From an uncultured Chloroflexia bacterium (lineage in GTDB: Bacteria; Chloroflexota; Limnocylindria; Limnocylindrales; CSP1-4), in NCBI GenBank assembly GCA_963790955.1, contig CAWBQM010000001.1, positions 262,285-326,284 of the forward strand: a stretch of 64,000 nucleotides of DNA. The letters run 5' to 3'. This document shows, piece after piece, positions 11,241 to 26,629 of this stretch; position 1 is the first letter of the stretch, and the number at the start of each line of letters is the position of its first letter. Position numbers and translations under genes: made by a program. The notes beneath the pieces were generated by a model. The model saw only the letters and a program-made list of their open reading frames with translations, searched no databases and had not been told where the DNA came from.

Positions 11241-12569
11241 ATGACGGTTTCCAGCGCTCGCGGCCTGGGCTGGGCGCCGCTTGCCGAGGTCGATCCCGAG
11301 CTGTGGGCGGCGATCATGGGCGAGCGCGACCGGCAGCGCGACAAGATCGAGCTCATCGCCTCCGAGAATTATGCGTTCGCCGCCGTGCTCGAGGCGCAGG
11401 GCACGTGGCTGACCAACAAGTACGCCGAGGGCCTGCCGGGCAAGCGCTACTACGGCGGCTGCGAGTACGTCGACGTCGCCGAACGCCTCGCGCAGGATCG
11501 CGCGCTGGCGCTGTTCCCAGGCGCGGAGCACGTCAACGTCCAGCCCCACTCGGGCGCCCAGGCGAACATGGCCGCGTACTTCGCGGTGCTCCAGCCCGGC
11601 GACCGGATCATGGGCATGCGCCTGGATCAGGGCGGTCACCTGACGCACGGCATGAAGCTCAACTTCTCGGGCCGCTTCTACGAGGTCCATGCGTACGGCG
11701 TGCGCCAGGACACCGAACGCATCGACTACGACGCGCTCGAGGCCCAGGCGCGCGAGGTCCGGCCCAAGCTGATCGTTGCCGGCGCATCGGCCTACCCCCG
11801 GACCCTCGACTTCGAGCGCTTCGCCGACATCGCCCACTCGGTCGGCGCCCTGCTGTTCGTCGACATGGCCCACATCGCGGGACTCGTCGCGGCGGGGCTG
11901 CACCCGAGCCCGTTCCCGCACGCCGACCTGGTCACGACCACGACCCACAAGACCCTTCGCGGGCCGCGCGGCGGGCTCACGTTCAGCCGCGCCGAGCTGC
12001 CGTCGTCGATCGACCCGGCCGACTTTCCGGCACTCAAGAGCCCGCTCGCGCAGGCGGTCGACAAGACCGTCTTTCCCGGTATCCAGGGCGGCCCGCTCAT
12101 GCACGTCATCGCGGCCAAGGCGGTGGCCCTCAAGCTCGCCGCGGACGACGGCTTCCGGCGCGATCAGCGGCGCACGCTCGACAACGCCCAGGTCCTGGCC
12201 GACACGTTGGCCTCGCTCGGCGCGCGGGTCGTGTCCGGCGGCACCGACAACCACCTGATGCTGGTCGACGTCACTCCGCTCGGCGTGACCGGCCGCGAGG
12301 CCGAGCGGCTGCTCGACGAGATCGGCATCACCGTCAACAAGAACGCCATCCCGTTCGACACGAACCCACCCAACATCGCGTCCGGGATCCGGGTCGGAAC
12401 GCCGGCGACGACGACGCGCGGGTTCGGGCCCGAGGAGATGCGAGCGATCGGCACGATGATCGTCGAGGCGATCACGACCCGCGACGAGCCCGCCGAACAG
12501 GCACGCCTGGCGGCGCAGGTCCGCGAGATCTGCGCCCGCTATCCGGTCCCGGGTCTGCCGGAGGCGTGA
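11241..12569 (+). CDS. glyA: Serine hydroxymethyltransferase
   Basis: 'IELIASEN', '[15 protein letters not shown]', '[14 protein letters not shown]', 'FPGIQGGP'. RBS GGAGG upstream. Confidence 0.97.
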   Translation: MTVSSARGLGWAPLAEVDPELWAAIMGERDRQRDKIELIASENYAFAAVLEAQGTWLTNKYAEGLPGKRYYGGCEYVDVAERLAQDRALALFPGAEHVNVQPHSGAQANMAAYFAVLQPGDRIMGMRLDQGGHLTHGMKLNFSGRFYEVHAYGVRQDTERIDYDALEAQAREVRPKLIVAGASAYPRTLDFERFADIAHSVGALLFVDMAHIAGLVAAGLHPSPFPHADLVTTTTHKTLRGPRGGLTFSRAELPSSIDPADFPALKSPLAQAVDKTVFPGIQGGPLMHVIAAKAVALKLAADDGFRRDQRRTLDNAQVLADTLASLGARVVSGGTDNHLMLVDVTPLGVTGREAERLLDEIGITVNKNAIPFDTNPPNIASGIRVGTPATTTRGFGPEEMRAIGTMIVEAITTRDEPAEQARLAAQVREICARYPVPGLPEA

Positions 12570-12576
12570 CCGGCGC

Positions 12577-13761
12577 GTGACGCTCATCGGCGACCTGGGC
12601 GCGGCGCTGCCCCTGATCGTCGGGGCATTCCTCGCCGCGGCGATCCTGGCCCTCGCGCTGACGCCGCTCGTGCGCGCCGTGGCGCACCGGCTCGACGTCG
12701 TGGACCGGCCCGAGGAGCGTCGGGTCAACACCAGCCCGGTGCCGCGCGGCGGCGGCATCGCCGTCGTGGTCGCGTTCACGCTCGTGGCGCTGATCGCGCT
12801 CGCGTACAACGCCACGACCCGGGTCCTGCCGTTCCCGATCCTGCTCGACGGCCCGGCCATCATCGCCCTCCTGGCCGGCGGCGTCGCCGCCGCGATGATG
12901 GGCGCGATCGACGACTACCTGCAGGTCCGTGCCCGCTGGCAGCTCGCCGGCCAGCTCCTCCTCGCAGGCTGGGCGGTTGCCCTGGGCGTGACGGTGAACG
13001 TGCTCACGAGCCCCTTCTCGGACGGCACGATCCTGCTCGACGATCGGCTGGCGGCGGCGTTCACCGTGTTCTGGATCATGGGCATGATCAACGCGATCAA
13101 CTTCATCGACGGCCTCGACGGCCTGTCGTCCGGCATCGGCCTGATCGCGGCGGTCACGCTCGGTATCGTCAGCCTGACCGCGAGCGTCGGGCAGCCACTC
13201 GTGGCCGTGGTGTGCTTCGCCCTGGCCGGGGCCCTGCTCGGGTTCCTGCGCTGGAACTTCCACCCGGCGTCGATCTTCACCGGCACGAGCGGGACCATGT
13301 TCCTGGGCTACGCGCTGGCGCTGCTCTCGATCGTGGGCACGGCCAAGGTACCGATCGCCCTGCTGGTCCTGGGCGTGCCCATCATCGACACGTTCTGGAT
13401 CATCGTCCGGCGACTCGTGTCGGGTCGCATGCCGTTCAGCCCAGATCGCGGCCACATCCACCATCGCCTGCTCGACCTGGGCTTGAGCCAGCGCCAGGCG
13501 GTGCTCGTGATCTACGCGATCTGCATCGGCCTCGGCAGCGTGTCCCTGCTCCTGCCGGGCCGGACGCAGGTGTACGCGTTCGTTGGCCTCGTGCTCGCGT
13601 CGGGCCTCGTCGTCCTCATCCTCGCCCGGCGCACGATCGAGTCGTCGGGGCTGTCCGCGGAGTCGTACACGGAGCATCCGACGCGGGACGCCGGGTCCGG
13701 CGCAGCGGCGGGGCCGGACCGACCCATCGAGCACCCGATCGAGCACGCCGAGCGGCCCTGA
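12577..13761 (+). CDS. WecA/TagO (MraY-family) polyprenyl-phosphate HexNAc-1-phosphate transferase
   Basis: 'PVPRGGG', 'GAIDD', 'NAINFIDGLDG', 'FTGTSG', 'PDRGHIHHRLL'; multiple TM segments. Confidence 0.88.
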   Translation: MTLIGDLGAALPLIVGAFLAAAILALALTPLVRAVAHRLDVVDRPEERRVNTSPVPRGGGIAVVVAFTLVALIALAYNATTRVLPFPILLDGPAIIALLAGGVAAAMMGAIDDYLQVRARWQLAGQLLLAGWAVALGVTVNVLTSPFSDGTILLDDRLAAAFTVFWIMGMINAINFIDGLDGLSSGIGLIAAVTLGIVSLTASVGQPLVAVVCFALAGALLGFLRWNFHPASIFTGTSGTMFLGYALALLSIVGTAKVPIALLVLGVPIIDTFWIIVRRLVSGRMPFSPDRGHIHHRLLDLGLSQRQAVLVIYAICIGLGSVSLLLPGRTQVYAFVGLVLASGLVVLILARRTIESSGLSAESYTEHPTRDAGSGAAAGPDRPIEHPIEHAERP

Positions 13762-13849
13762 TCGGAGCCTGACGCCGGCGGCGGGCCGGGGCGGTGCTAG
13801 CATCGGCCCGATCGGGGGCGGTGGACGCCCTCGGCGCGTCGGGAGGGAC

Positions 13850-14764
13850 GTGGGCCTGGAGCTCCTGATCGGTGCGCTCGTCGACGCCGGCCTCGTCGGT
13901 TTCGTCGTCGCCGTCGTCGTGGCGTCGCGTCGACGCGACGCCCGATCCGTGGCGGCCCGCGAGCACCCGACGGACGCCGCGGCGACAGTCGTCCCGGCGA
14001 CCCTCCCGCTATCGGCCGGGCGGCGGCCCTCGCTGCCGGCCGCCGGAGCCTCGTGGCCGGCCGAGGACCATCCACCGGTCCGGCCGCCGACGCGAATCGT
14101 CGTGTCCGGCGCTCCGCGCATGTCGGCCGCGGAGCGTGCGGCCGCCGCTCGTGCGAGTGCCGCCGAGCGTGCCGCGACGTGGTCCGCCAGCGCCGAGGCC
14201 GGGCAACCCGCCGTGCTGTCCCCGGTCGCCCAGCACCCCGGCGCCGACCGTAGCGACGTGCGGGCACGCCTGTGGCGAGACTCGATGGGCGTGCTGTTCG
14301 TGGGGTCGGCCGTCGTGCTCATCGCGATCGTCGGCGGCACCGCGTTCAGCGGCGCCGGCTCCGGTGGCGTGCTCGGGGCGACGAGTGGGCCCGATCAGCC
14401 ACCAGTCACCACCGGATCGGAGCAGCCATCGGCGCCGGCCTCGAATTCCCCGGACCCCGGGACCAGCTCGCCGACACCCGCGGCCGGCGCTGCCACACTG
14501 CTGCCGGCGGCAGCCAGCCAGCCCGCCCGGACGACCGCGCCGACGCCGCGACCTGCCGCCACCCGGCGCCCGGCGGCCACGCCACGCGCCAGCGCCGGAC
14601 CGACCGCCAGCGCCCCGCCGCCATCATCGACCAACGCACCCACGCCCACCTCGGCGCCCAAGCCGCCCACCCCGACACCCGGCGCTGGATCGGCAAGCCC
14701 GTCAGCGGAACCCAGCACGGTCGATCCCACGCCGACCGCGCCCGAGGCGACGCCCGGTCCCTGA
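13850..14764 (+). CDS. Hypothetical membrane protein with Pro/Ala/Thr/Ser-rich extracytoplasmic tail
   Basis: GTG 13850 after GGGAGG; two hydrophobic segments ('LLIGALVDAGLVGFVVAVVV', 'VLFVGSAVVLIAIVGG'); PT/PA-rich C-terminus. Confidence 0.65.
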   Translation: MGLELLIGALVDAGLVGFVVAVVVASRRRDARSVAAREHPTDAAATVVPATLPLSAGRRPSLPAAGASWPAEDHPPVRPPTRIVVSGAPRMSAAERAAAARASAAERAATWSASAEAGQPAVLSPVAQHPGADRSDVRARLWRDSMGVLFVGSAVVLIAIVGGTAFSGAGSGGVLGATSGPDQPPVTTGSEQPSAPASNSPDPGTSSPTPAAGAATLLPAAASQPARTTAPTPRPAATRRPAATPRASAGPTASAPPPSSTNAPTPTSAPKPPTPTPGAGSASPSAEPSTVDPTPTAPEATPGP

Positions 14765-14913
14765 CGCTCGGATCGATCCCACGGCCCGGCGGCCCTCGGT
14801 GTGACCGTCCGTTCGAATCCGCCGAGGCCCCGTGCCTCCTGAGATGGCGGGCCAGGGCCCGGTTTCGAGGGACGAGCCGCCCGCCGGCGGCTTTGTTGCC
14901 GCGCGCCGGCAGC

Positions 14914-14922
14914 TGCTATACT
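14914..14922 (+). promoter_or_regulatory. Extended -10 promoter of the atp operon
   Basis: TGcTATACT upstream of GTG 14946. Confidence 0.55.
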
Positions 14923-14945
14923 CCCGCCGCTTTGCCAGGTCGCTC

Positions 14946-15182
14946 GTGAACGAGTTCGGTCGGGCGAGCGCATACCTTGCGCTCTTCTCCCAGATCGGAA
15001 TCACGTTCTTCGTCGCGACCGTCGCCGGTGTCTTGCTCGGCTGGTGGATCGACCAGCAGCTCGGGACCTTGCCCATCTTCGCGGTCATCGGGTCGCTGGC
15101 CGGGTTCGGTCTCGGTGGCCTGGCGGTGGCCCGGCTGATCCGCCGGTTCCTGGAGAGATTCGAACAGCCGAACAAGCCCTGA
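14946..15182 (+). CDS. AtpZ/AtpI family ATP synthase accessory protein
   Basis: 'SQIGITFFVATVAGVLLGWWIDQQLGTLPIF' is the AtpZ pattern; first gene of the atp operon. Confidence 0.85.
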   Translation: MNEFGRASAYLALFSQIGITFFVATVAGVLLGWWIDQQLGTLPIFAVIGSLAGFGLGGLAVARLIRRFLERFEQPNKP

Positions 15183-15213
15183 ACGCGCCCACGTTCAGAG
15201 ACATGGACGAAGA

Positions 15214-16227
15214 GTGTCGAGCCTTCCCGCTACCAGCGAACAGCCCACCCGGAGCGCCCCGACGGCCAGTCGCCGTCGCTGGTTGCTGCTTGCCATCGTG
15301 GCCGTCCTCGTCCTCGACGCGGTCGCGATCGTGCTCGTCGCGCCGGCCGGCTTCCCGGGCCCCAAGGAGAGCATCCTGGGCAACCTCGAGCTGATCCCGC
15401 CGACCGTGGTCTGGGATCTCGCGCCCCGAGCGAGCGAGCCGACGGGCGCGCTCGTCGTCGACTTCCATCCCAGCATCACCTCGAGCATCGCCGTGTCCTG
15501 GGTCGTGATGATCGCGATGATCGTCGTGTTCGTCGGCGGCGCGCGAAACCTGCAACGCCTGCCGGGCCGGGTCCAGAACCTGGTCGAGTGGTGCTACGAG
15601 CTGCTCGAGGACTTCGCCATGGCCCTCGGCGGCGAGGCGGCCCGACCGTACGTCGGCATCTTCGCCACGCTGTTCGTGTTCATCCTCCTCGCCAACTGGA
15701 CCGATCTGCTGATCTTCGGCGACAAGGTCAACCTGCTGCGCACACCCACGAGCGACATCAACATCACGGTCGGGCTGGCCCTGTTCAGCTTCGTCCTGTT
15801 CCACGTCGAGGGCGTCCGGCGGCTGGGCCTGGGCCGCTATCTCGGCAAGTTCTTCAACTTCCGTGGCTTCCGGCGGGGCCCGGTCGAGGGCCTCATCGAC
15901 CTGTTCGTCGGCCTGACTGAATTCCTGCTCGAGTTCTTCAAGCCGGTCACGCTCGCGTTCCGGCTGTTCGGCAACCTGTACGGTGGCGGCGTCATGCTGG
16001 GCGTGTTCACCGCCCTGCTGCTCGGCGTCCTGCCGCTGCCGTTTGTCGCACTGGAGGGCTTCATCGGCTTCGTCCAGGCACTGATCTTCTCGGTCCTGAC
16101 GCTCATGTTCACCCTGCTCGCGATCGAGAGCCACGACGAGGAGGCGCATGCCGCCCCGGCGCTGGCCAGCGAGCCCGAGGGCAACATCGGACCGCCCCTC
16201 GCCTCGGAAGGCGGGCACGCGAGCTGA
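15214..16227 (+). CDS. atpB: F0 subunit a
   Basis: 'PGRVQNLVE', 'RTPTSDINIT', 'LAFRLFGNLYGG', 'IGFVQALIFSVLT'. Confidence 0.95.
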   Translation: MSSLPATSEQPTRSAPTASRRRWLLLAIVAVLVLDAVAIVLVAPAGFPGPKESILGNLELIPPTVVWDLAPRASEPTGALVVDFHPSITSSIAVSWVVMIAMIVVFVGGARNLQRLPGRVQNLVEWCYELLEDFAMALGGEAARPYVGIFATLFVFILLANWTDLLIFGDKVNLLRTPTSDINITVGLALFSFVLFHVEGVRRLGLGRYLGKFFNFRGFRRGPVEGLIDLFVGLTEFLLEFFKPVTLAFRLFGNLYGGGVMLGVFTALLLGVLPLPFVALEGFIGFVQALIFSVLTLMFTLLAIESHDEEAHAAPALASEPEGNIGPPLASEGGHAS

Positions 16228-16309
16228 TCGAGCAGGACGTTTGACGCCGTCATCACCACATCGGGAGAGACGAGCCCCGCAGGCGCGGGGCCATTGGAGG
16301 AGCACGTAG

Positions 16310-16531
16310 ATGGAACTCATCGGGGCCGGCCTCGCGGCCATGGGCGTGATCGGACCGGGCATCGGGATCGGCATCCTGACCGGCATGTCGACCAGCGCCA
16401 TGGGTCGCAACCCGGATGCCGCCGGCGTGATCCGGGCCACGTTCATCATCGGCGCAGCGTTCGCCGAGGGGCTGGGCGTGCTCGCGTTCGTGGTCGGCGT
16501 GCTGATCATCTTCCTGAACCCGGCCGCCTGA
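16310..16531 (+). CDS. atpE: F0 subunit c
   Basis: 'GPGIGIG', 'GRNPDA', 'IGAAFAEGL' (conserved Glu). Confidence 0.96.
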   Translation: MELIGAGLAAMGVIGPGIGIGILTGMSTSAMGRNPDAAGVIRATFIIGAAFAEGLGVLAFVVGVLIIFLNPAA

Positions 16532-16554
16532 CGGCGTAGCGGAGCGGTCATCCC

Positions 16555-17135
16555 GTGGATCCCATCGCCGTCGTCGCCGGCCCGCTGCAGCACGCGAGTG
16601 TCGGCCTGAGCGCCGAATCGGGTGGCTCGGGCCTGGTCATCAACGGCTTCTGGATCATCGTCGCGGCGCTCAACTTCATCCTGCTGTTCGTGATCCTGCA
16701 GCTGTACGCCTTCGGGCCGATCAGCCGCATGCTCGCGGAGCGCCGCGACCGGATCGAGCAGGGCCTGCGCGACGCCGAACAGGCTCGCCAGGATCGCGAG
16801 CAGGCCGAGGAGGAGCGCCTGGCGGCGCTCCAGGAGGCGCGTCGCGAGGCGAACGACATCCTGGCCCGCTCCCAGCGCGTGGCACAGGAGACGCGTGACG
16901 CGGACCTGGCGGCCACGCGGGCCGAGCTCGACCGGTTGCGCGAGACGGCCACGTCCGAGATCGACGCCGAGAAGCAGCGCGCCATCACGGACCTCCGGGC
17001 CGAGGTGGCCGACCTGGCCCTCGCCGCCGCCGGCAAGGTCGTCGGCGAGACGATGACCGACCAGCGCCAGCGTCGTCTCGTCGAGGAGTTCCTGTCGGCA
17101 GTCCGCGGCCGACTCGAACGGGTCGCGCGGCTGAT
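16555..17135 (+). CDS. atpF: F0 subunit b (apparent in-frame fusion to atpH probably artefactual)
   Basis: TM 'NFILLFVILQLYAFGPI' followed by a coiled coil; TGATG overlap at 17132-17136. Confidence 0.9.
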
Positions 17136-17679
17136 GGCGCGAGCCGGCAGCGCCGCCCGGCGGTTCGCGGAAGCGGCGTTCGACCTTGCCCGCCGCGACC
17201 ATGCCGAGGACGCCTGGGCGACCGACCTCGATCTCGCCGCGAGCGTGGTCGCGGACGAGCAGGCCCAGCGCGTCATCGCCAATCCGGCGATCCCGCTGGG
17301 CCTACGCGACGAGGTCGTCCGGCGCCTGCTGGCCGACCGCATCGGGCCGCTGGCCCTCAACCTCGTGCTCGTCCTCGTCCGACGGGGCCGGGTCGAGATC
17401 GTGCCCGCGGTCGCCCGTGAATACCACCGGCTGCTGCGCGACGAGCGGGGCATCGTGGCGGCCGTCGTGACGAGCGCCGCGCCGCTGTCGAAGGACGAGA
17501 CGGACGCCGTTCGAGGCCGCATCGAGCAGCTGTCGGAAGCCAAGGTCGAGCTCGAGGCCCTCGTCGACCAGCGTCTCATCGGCGGTCTCACCGTGCGCGT
17601 CGGTGATCGGCTGCTCGACGCGAGCGTACGCGGACGCCTGGAGCGCCTGCGCAGCCAGCTCGTCACGGCCGGTAGCTGA
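17134..17679 (+). CDS. atpH: F1 subunit delta
   Basis: '[16 protein letters not shown]', 'VTSAAPL', '[22 protein letters not shown]'. Confidence 0.92.
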   Translation: MARAGSAARRFAEAAFDLARRDHAEDAWATDLDLAASVVADEQAQRVIANPAIPLGLRDEVVRRLLADRIGPLALNLVLVLVRRGRVEIVPAVAREYHRLLRDERGIVAAVVTSAAPLSKDETDAVRGRIEQLSEAKVELEALVDQRLIGGLTVRVGDRLLDASVRGRLERLRSQLVTAGS

Positions 17680-17759
17680 CCGCGCACAGCACGATCCACA
17701 GGACCGCGACCACCAGACACCCACCACGACCGCTCATCGCATCGCAGGGGACAGCCCGA

Positions 17760-19296
<1,537 letters not shown>

Positions 19297-19311
19297 CTGG
19301 AGCGCGAGCAC

Positions 19312-21804
<2,493 letters not shown>

Positions 21805-21809
21805 TAGGG

Positions 21810-22240
21810 ATGCCGCTGCTGCTCGAGATCGTCACGCCCGAGCGCCTTGCCTACAGCGACGAGGTCGACAGCGTGCAGCGTGCCGGGCTCGAGGGCGAGC
21901 TGGGCATCCTGCCGCACCACGCGCCGCTCGCTGACGACGCTGGGCATCGGTGAGCTGCGCATCCGCAAGGGCGGCGAGCGAGGAGATCGTTCGCGATCGT
22001 CGGCGGCTTCCTGCAGGTCCGGCCGGACAAGGTCGTGGTCATGGCCGAGACCGCCGACATGGCGTCGGACATCGACCTCGAGAGGGCGCAGGAGGCGCGC
22101 CGGGAGGCCGAGCGGGCGCTCGAGGGCGGCTACAACGAACCGGCCGACCTGGCCGCCGCCCGGGCCGCGCTGCAGCAGGCGCTGCTCCGGATCCGCGTCG
22201 CCGAGCGCCGGCACCGCGAAGGGCCCGGCACCGCGGATAG
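21810..22240 (+). CDS. atpC: F1 subunit epsilon, frameshifted (end approximate)
   Basis: 'LEIVTPER', '[11 protein letters not shown]', 'GGFLQV', '[10 protein letters not shown]'. Confidence 0.9.
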
Positions 22241-22283
22241 TGGCCGCGTTCAGCGCACCCGCGGGCCTCGAGCGGGAGCCGTC

Positions 22284-23631
22284 GTGACTGACGCGCGTCC
22301 GTTCCACTGGGAGTACCAGCCCGAGCGCCGTCGCAGCACGAGGTCTTCCGGGTCGAGGGCGGCGGCCCCTGCACGGGACGGTGCAGATCAGCGGCGCCAA
22401 GAACGCCGCGCTCAAGATGCTCGCCGCCGCGACCCTGACCGGCGAGCGATGCCGCTTCACGAACATGCCCGAGATCGAGGACGTGCGGGTCATGGCCGAG
22501 ACGCTGCGCGACCTCGGCGTCGTCGTCGACCATCCCGAGCCGAACGTCTACGAGATCGCGTCGGGCGACGTCGACTGGCTGTTCGTGCCGCTCGAGGCGG
22601 CCGCGAAGATGCGCGCGAGCTTCATCCTGCTCGGTCCGCTCCTGGCCCGCTTCGGCCGGGTCATCATCAGCAACCCCGGCGGCGACCGGATCGGCCGGCG
22701 GCCGGTCGACCTGCACGTCGACGCGATGCGCGCCATGGGCGCCGAGATCGAGTACCGCAACGGCTACTACTTCGCGATCGCGCCCGGACGCCTGCGCGGC
22801 GCCGAGGTCCGCTTCCCGTTCGTGTCGGTCATGGGCACCGAGAACGCGATGCTCGCCGCGACCCTGGCCGAGGGCCACACGGTCATCCGGCCGGCGGCCC
22901 AGGAGCCCGAGGTCGACGACCTCATCGCGTTCCTGCAGAAGATGGGCGCGGAGGTGGAGCGGACCGTACCCGGACACGATCGAGGTCGAGGGCCGCAAGC
23001 GGCTCCGCGGCGCGGAGCACGGGTCGTGCCCGACCGGATCGAGGCCGGCACGTTCGTCATCGCCGCGGCCGTCACCGGCGGCAAGCTCACCCTCGAGGGC
23101 GCGCCGTGCGAGCACCTCGGGGCGCTGATCGAGCATCCTCGGCCGGGTCGGCCTGCCGGTCGTCATGCGGCACGGACACGATCGAGGTCGACGGCACCCT
23201 CGCCAATGCCGGGGGCCTGCGCGCGGTCGACATCGAGACCGCGCCCTACCCCGGCCTCGCGACCGATCTCCAGCCGCCGACCTGCGTCCTCCTCACGCCA
23301 GGCCACCGGGACCTCGCGGATTCACGAGACCATCTTCGAGGACCGCCTCGAGTGGCTCATCGAGCTGGCCCGCATGGGCGGCGAGGCGCGCATCCTCGAC
23401 GAACACAATGCCATCATCTCGGGTCCGTCACACCTGCACGGGGCCGAGGTCGAGATCGGCGATCTGCGCGCCGGCGCATCGCTCATCCTGGCCGCCCTGG
23501 CGGCCGACGGCGTCTCGACCATTCACGGTGCGCATCACGTGCACCGGGGCTATGAGAACATCGAGCGCAAGTTCCTGGACCTCGGTGCCAGGATCGAGCG
23601 CCGCGCGGAAAACGGGAAGGGGCCGCAGTAA
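22284..23631 (+). CDS. murA: UDP-N-acetylglucosamine 1-carboxyvinyltransferase, Asp in place of the catalytic Cys; frameshifted
   Basis: 'SGAKNAALK', 'MRASF', '[14 protein letters not shown]', 'SVMGTEN', 'PDRIEAGT', 'DLRAGA', 'RGYENI'. Confidence 0.94.
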
Positions 23632-23639
23632 CCACGTCA

Positions 23640-24640
23640 TGACCAAGATCGGCATCGACCTCGGCACGGCCAACGTGCTCGTCTACATGAAGGGCAAGGG
23701 CATCGTCATCCAGGAGCCCTCGGTCGTCGCCGTCAGCGACGACAACCGGATCGTGGCCGTCGGCGAGGAGGCGCGCGAGATGATCGGGCGCACGCCCGGC
23801 AACATCCAGGCGATCCGGCCGATGAAGGACGGCGTCATCGCCGACTACGTGATCACCGAGGCGATGCTGCGCTTCTTCATCGGCAAGGCCATGAAGGGTC
23901 ACATCGGCTTCTCGAAGCCCGAGGTCATGATCAGCGTGCCGGCCGGCGTCACCTCGGTCGAGAAGCGGGCCGTCCGGGATGCGGCGCTCAAGGCCGGGGC
24001 CCGGGAGGCGTTCCTCATCGAGGAGCCGCTGGCGGCGGCGATCGGCGCGAACGTCCCGATCAGCGGCCCGTCCGGCAACATGATCATCGACATCGGCGGC
24101 GGCACGAGCGAGATCGCCGTCATCGCCCTGGGCGGCATCGTCGTGAGCAACAGCCTGCGCGTCGGCGGCAACAAGTTCGACGACTCGATCGCGACGTACG
24201 TGCGCAAGAAGTACAACCTCATGATCGGCGACCGCACCGCCGAGGAGGTCAAGATCCAGATCGGGACGGCCCTGCCGCTCGAGCGCGAGCTGCAGATGGA
24301 GGTCCGCGGCCGGGACCTGATCGCCGGCCTGCCGCGCACCATCCCGATCACGAGCTCGGAGGTCATGGAGGCCATCGAGGCCCCGCTCCAGCAGCTCGTT
24401 TCGGCCGTGCGCGTGGTGCTCGAGCAGACGCCACCCGAGCTCAGCTCGGACATCATCGACAAGGGCATGGTCATGTCCGGCGGCGGCTCGCTGCTGCGCA
24501 ACATCGACAAGCTCCTGACCCAGGTCACGGGTGTGCCTTGTCACGTCGCCGAGAACTCGCTCAACTGCGTCGCCCTGGGCACGGGCCTTGCGCTCGAGCA
24601 CTTCGACTTCTTCAAGAAGTCGCTCGTCCAGACCGTGTGA
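23640..24640 (+). CDS. mreB: Rod shape-determining protein (MreB/Mbl)
   Basis: 'IGIDLGTAN', 'DIGGGT', 'GRDLIAGLP', 'GGGSLL'. Confidence 0.95.
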
Positions 24641-24724
24641 CACCTTCGAGCGGTGCGCTCCGCCGGGCGCGCTCGGTCGTCGGTGCGCGTACGGCACGAC
24701 GACGCTGAGAGCGCGGCGCTGACG

Positions 24725-25432
24725 ATGCGGGCCTTCGTCGACCTCCACTGCCACACGAGCGCGAGCTTCGATTCGCTCGCGTCGCCGGCCGCGGTCGTCA
24801 GGGCGGCACGGGCCCGCGGGCTCACCCATCTGGCCATCACCGATCACGACACCATCGACGGGGCGCTCGAGGCGCGAGCCGCCGCGCCGGACGGGCTGAC
24901 CGTCATCGTCGGGCAGGAGATCCGGACCGCCACCGGCGACCTGATCGGCGTCCATCTCCAGACGGCCGTCCCGAGCGGCCTGAGCGGGACCGAGGCGGTC
25001 GCGGCGATACGTGAGCAGGGCGGCGTGGTCGGGGTGCCCCATCCGTTCGATCGGTTCCGCGGCTCGATGGGTCGGGACGAGGACGGCCTCGAGTCGCTCG
25101 TCGGGCTCGTCGACTGGATCGAGGGCTACAATGCGCGGCTCGTGGGCGGCGGCAACGATCGGGCCATCGCGTTCGCACACGAGCACGACCTACCGGCCGT
25201 GGCGGTTTCCGACGCGCACACGACGATGGAGGTCGGGGTGGCGTACACGGCCATGGACGGCGACCCGGCAACGCCTGCGGGTCTGCTCGCCGGGCTCGCA
25301 GGCCTGGAGCTCGTACCGGGCCACGCCTCGTATCTCGCCCGCCTGATGACACCGGTGGCAAAGCTCGTCCAGCGCTCGCGCGGCAAGGGCCGCGCTCGTC
25401 CGCGGCCCCCGACCCCGGCCGGCGGCCGCTGA
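24725..25432 (+). CDS. PHP domain metal-dependent phosphoesterase
   Basis: 'DLHCHT', 'ITDHD', 'GQEI', 'HPFD', 'SDAH'. Confidence 0.88.
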   Translation: MRAFVDLHCHTSASFDSLASPAAVVRAARARGLTHLAITDHDTIDGALEARAAAPDGLTVIVGQEIRTATGDLIGVHLQTAVPSGLSGTEAVAAIREQGGVVGVPHPFDRFRGSMGRDEDGLESLVGLVDWIEGYNARLVGGGNDRAIAFAHEHDLPAVAVSDAHTTMEVGVAYTAMDGDPATPAGLLAGLAGLELVPGHASYLARLMTPVAKLVQRSRGKGRARPRPPTPAGGR

Positions 25433-26629
25433 TGCCGGAACGGGAGGACCATCGACCGATTGCCGACCCCTCGGACGAGTCGCTAGCGTCCGAGCCCATG
25501 AGCACACTCAACCCCCCGCTCGAGCCCGCCGCGAGTGGCGGTGAGATCGAGGCCGGCATCCCGGTCGACGGTCTGGCCGAGCCCGCCGCCGACGTCTCGC
25601 CCGACCAGCTCTCGATCCGACGGCGACTGCGTCAGCCGCGCACCATCCTGTCGATCGCGGTGCCGATCGCGATCATCGCCCTGTTCGCGTGGCTCAATCG
25701 CAATTCGATCGGCCAGGTGCCGGGCCTGATCGCCCAGGCGAATCCCGTGCTCGTGCTCGTCGCGTTCGGCATCTTCTACACGGGCTTCCCGCTGCGCGGG
25801 TTGCGCTGGTCGATGCTCCTGCGGGCGACCGGCTTCCGGATCGGCACACGTGACGCGACCGAGATCATCTTCCTGTCCTGGCTCGTGAACTGCGTGGTCC
25901 CGGCCAAGCTCGGCGACGTGTACCGCGCCTACCTGCTCAAGCTCAACAGCTCGGCATCCCTGAGCCGGACCTTCGGGACCGTCTTCATCGAGCGCGTGCT
26001 CGACCTGTTCGTGATCGCGATCCTCGGTATCGCGGCCGGCTACTGGAGCTTCCGAACCGGCCTGCCACCCGCGATCCAGCTGATCTTCGCGATCGGGCTG
26101 GTCGTGATGGCGCTGCTCGCGGTGGGCCTGTTCACCCTGCGCAACTTCGGGCGGCGGATCATCGTGCGCCTGCCCCTGCCGCATACGATCCTGGAGCTGT
26201 ACGACCGCTTCGAGGAGGGCGTCTTCTCGGCGATCCGGATCCGGCGAGCTGCCCGTGCTCGGGCTCGTGACCGTCACGATCTGGGCGACCGAGGCGCTGC
26301 GCCTGTACTTCGTCGTCCGCGCGCTCGACTTCGCCGGCGTCGACCTGGGCCTGTCCGGCTCGGTGTTCGTGGCCCTGATCGGGTCGCTGCTGACGGCGGT
26401 GCCCCTCAGCCCGGCCGGTTTGGGCATCGTCGAGGCGGGCATCGTGGGCGTGCTCACGACCGCGTACGGCGTGACCTTCGCCCAGGCCTCGGCCATCGCC
26501 CTGCTCGACCGCCTCATCAGCGTGTTCTCGATCATCGTCCTGGGCTCGATCGCGTACGTCGCCTCGCCCAAGACGCGTGGCGAGGGCACGATCGCCGAGG
26601 CCGCCCCGACGCTCGACGCCCCCGCCTGA
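25432..26629 (+). CDS. UPF0104 / lysylphosphatidylglycerol synthase TM-domain (flippase-like) protein, frameshifted
   Basis: 'RGLRW', 'NCVVPAKLGDVYRAY', 'ERVLD', 'PAGLGIVEAG', 'LDRLIS'. Confidence 0.85.

Noticed and set aside
14790-14830. tRNA-like GTTCGAATCC
   Set aside because: The flanks do not form a T-stem, and no acceptor or anticodon arms are present.
16555-17679. Apparent AtpF-AtpH (b-delta) fusion as in mycobacteria
   Set aside because: A TGATG stop/start overlap sits exactly at the junction (17132-17136), one base out of frame, and the assembly is indel-rich. Most likely an artefact.
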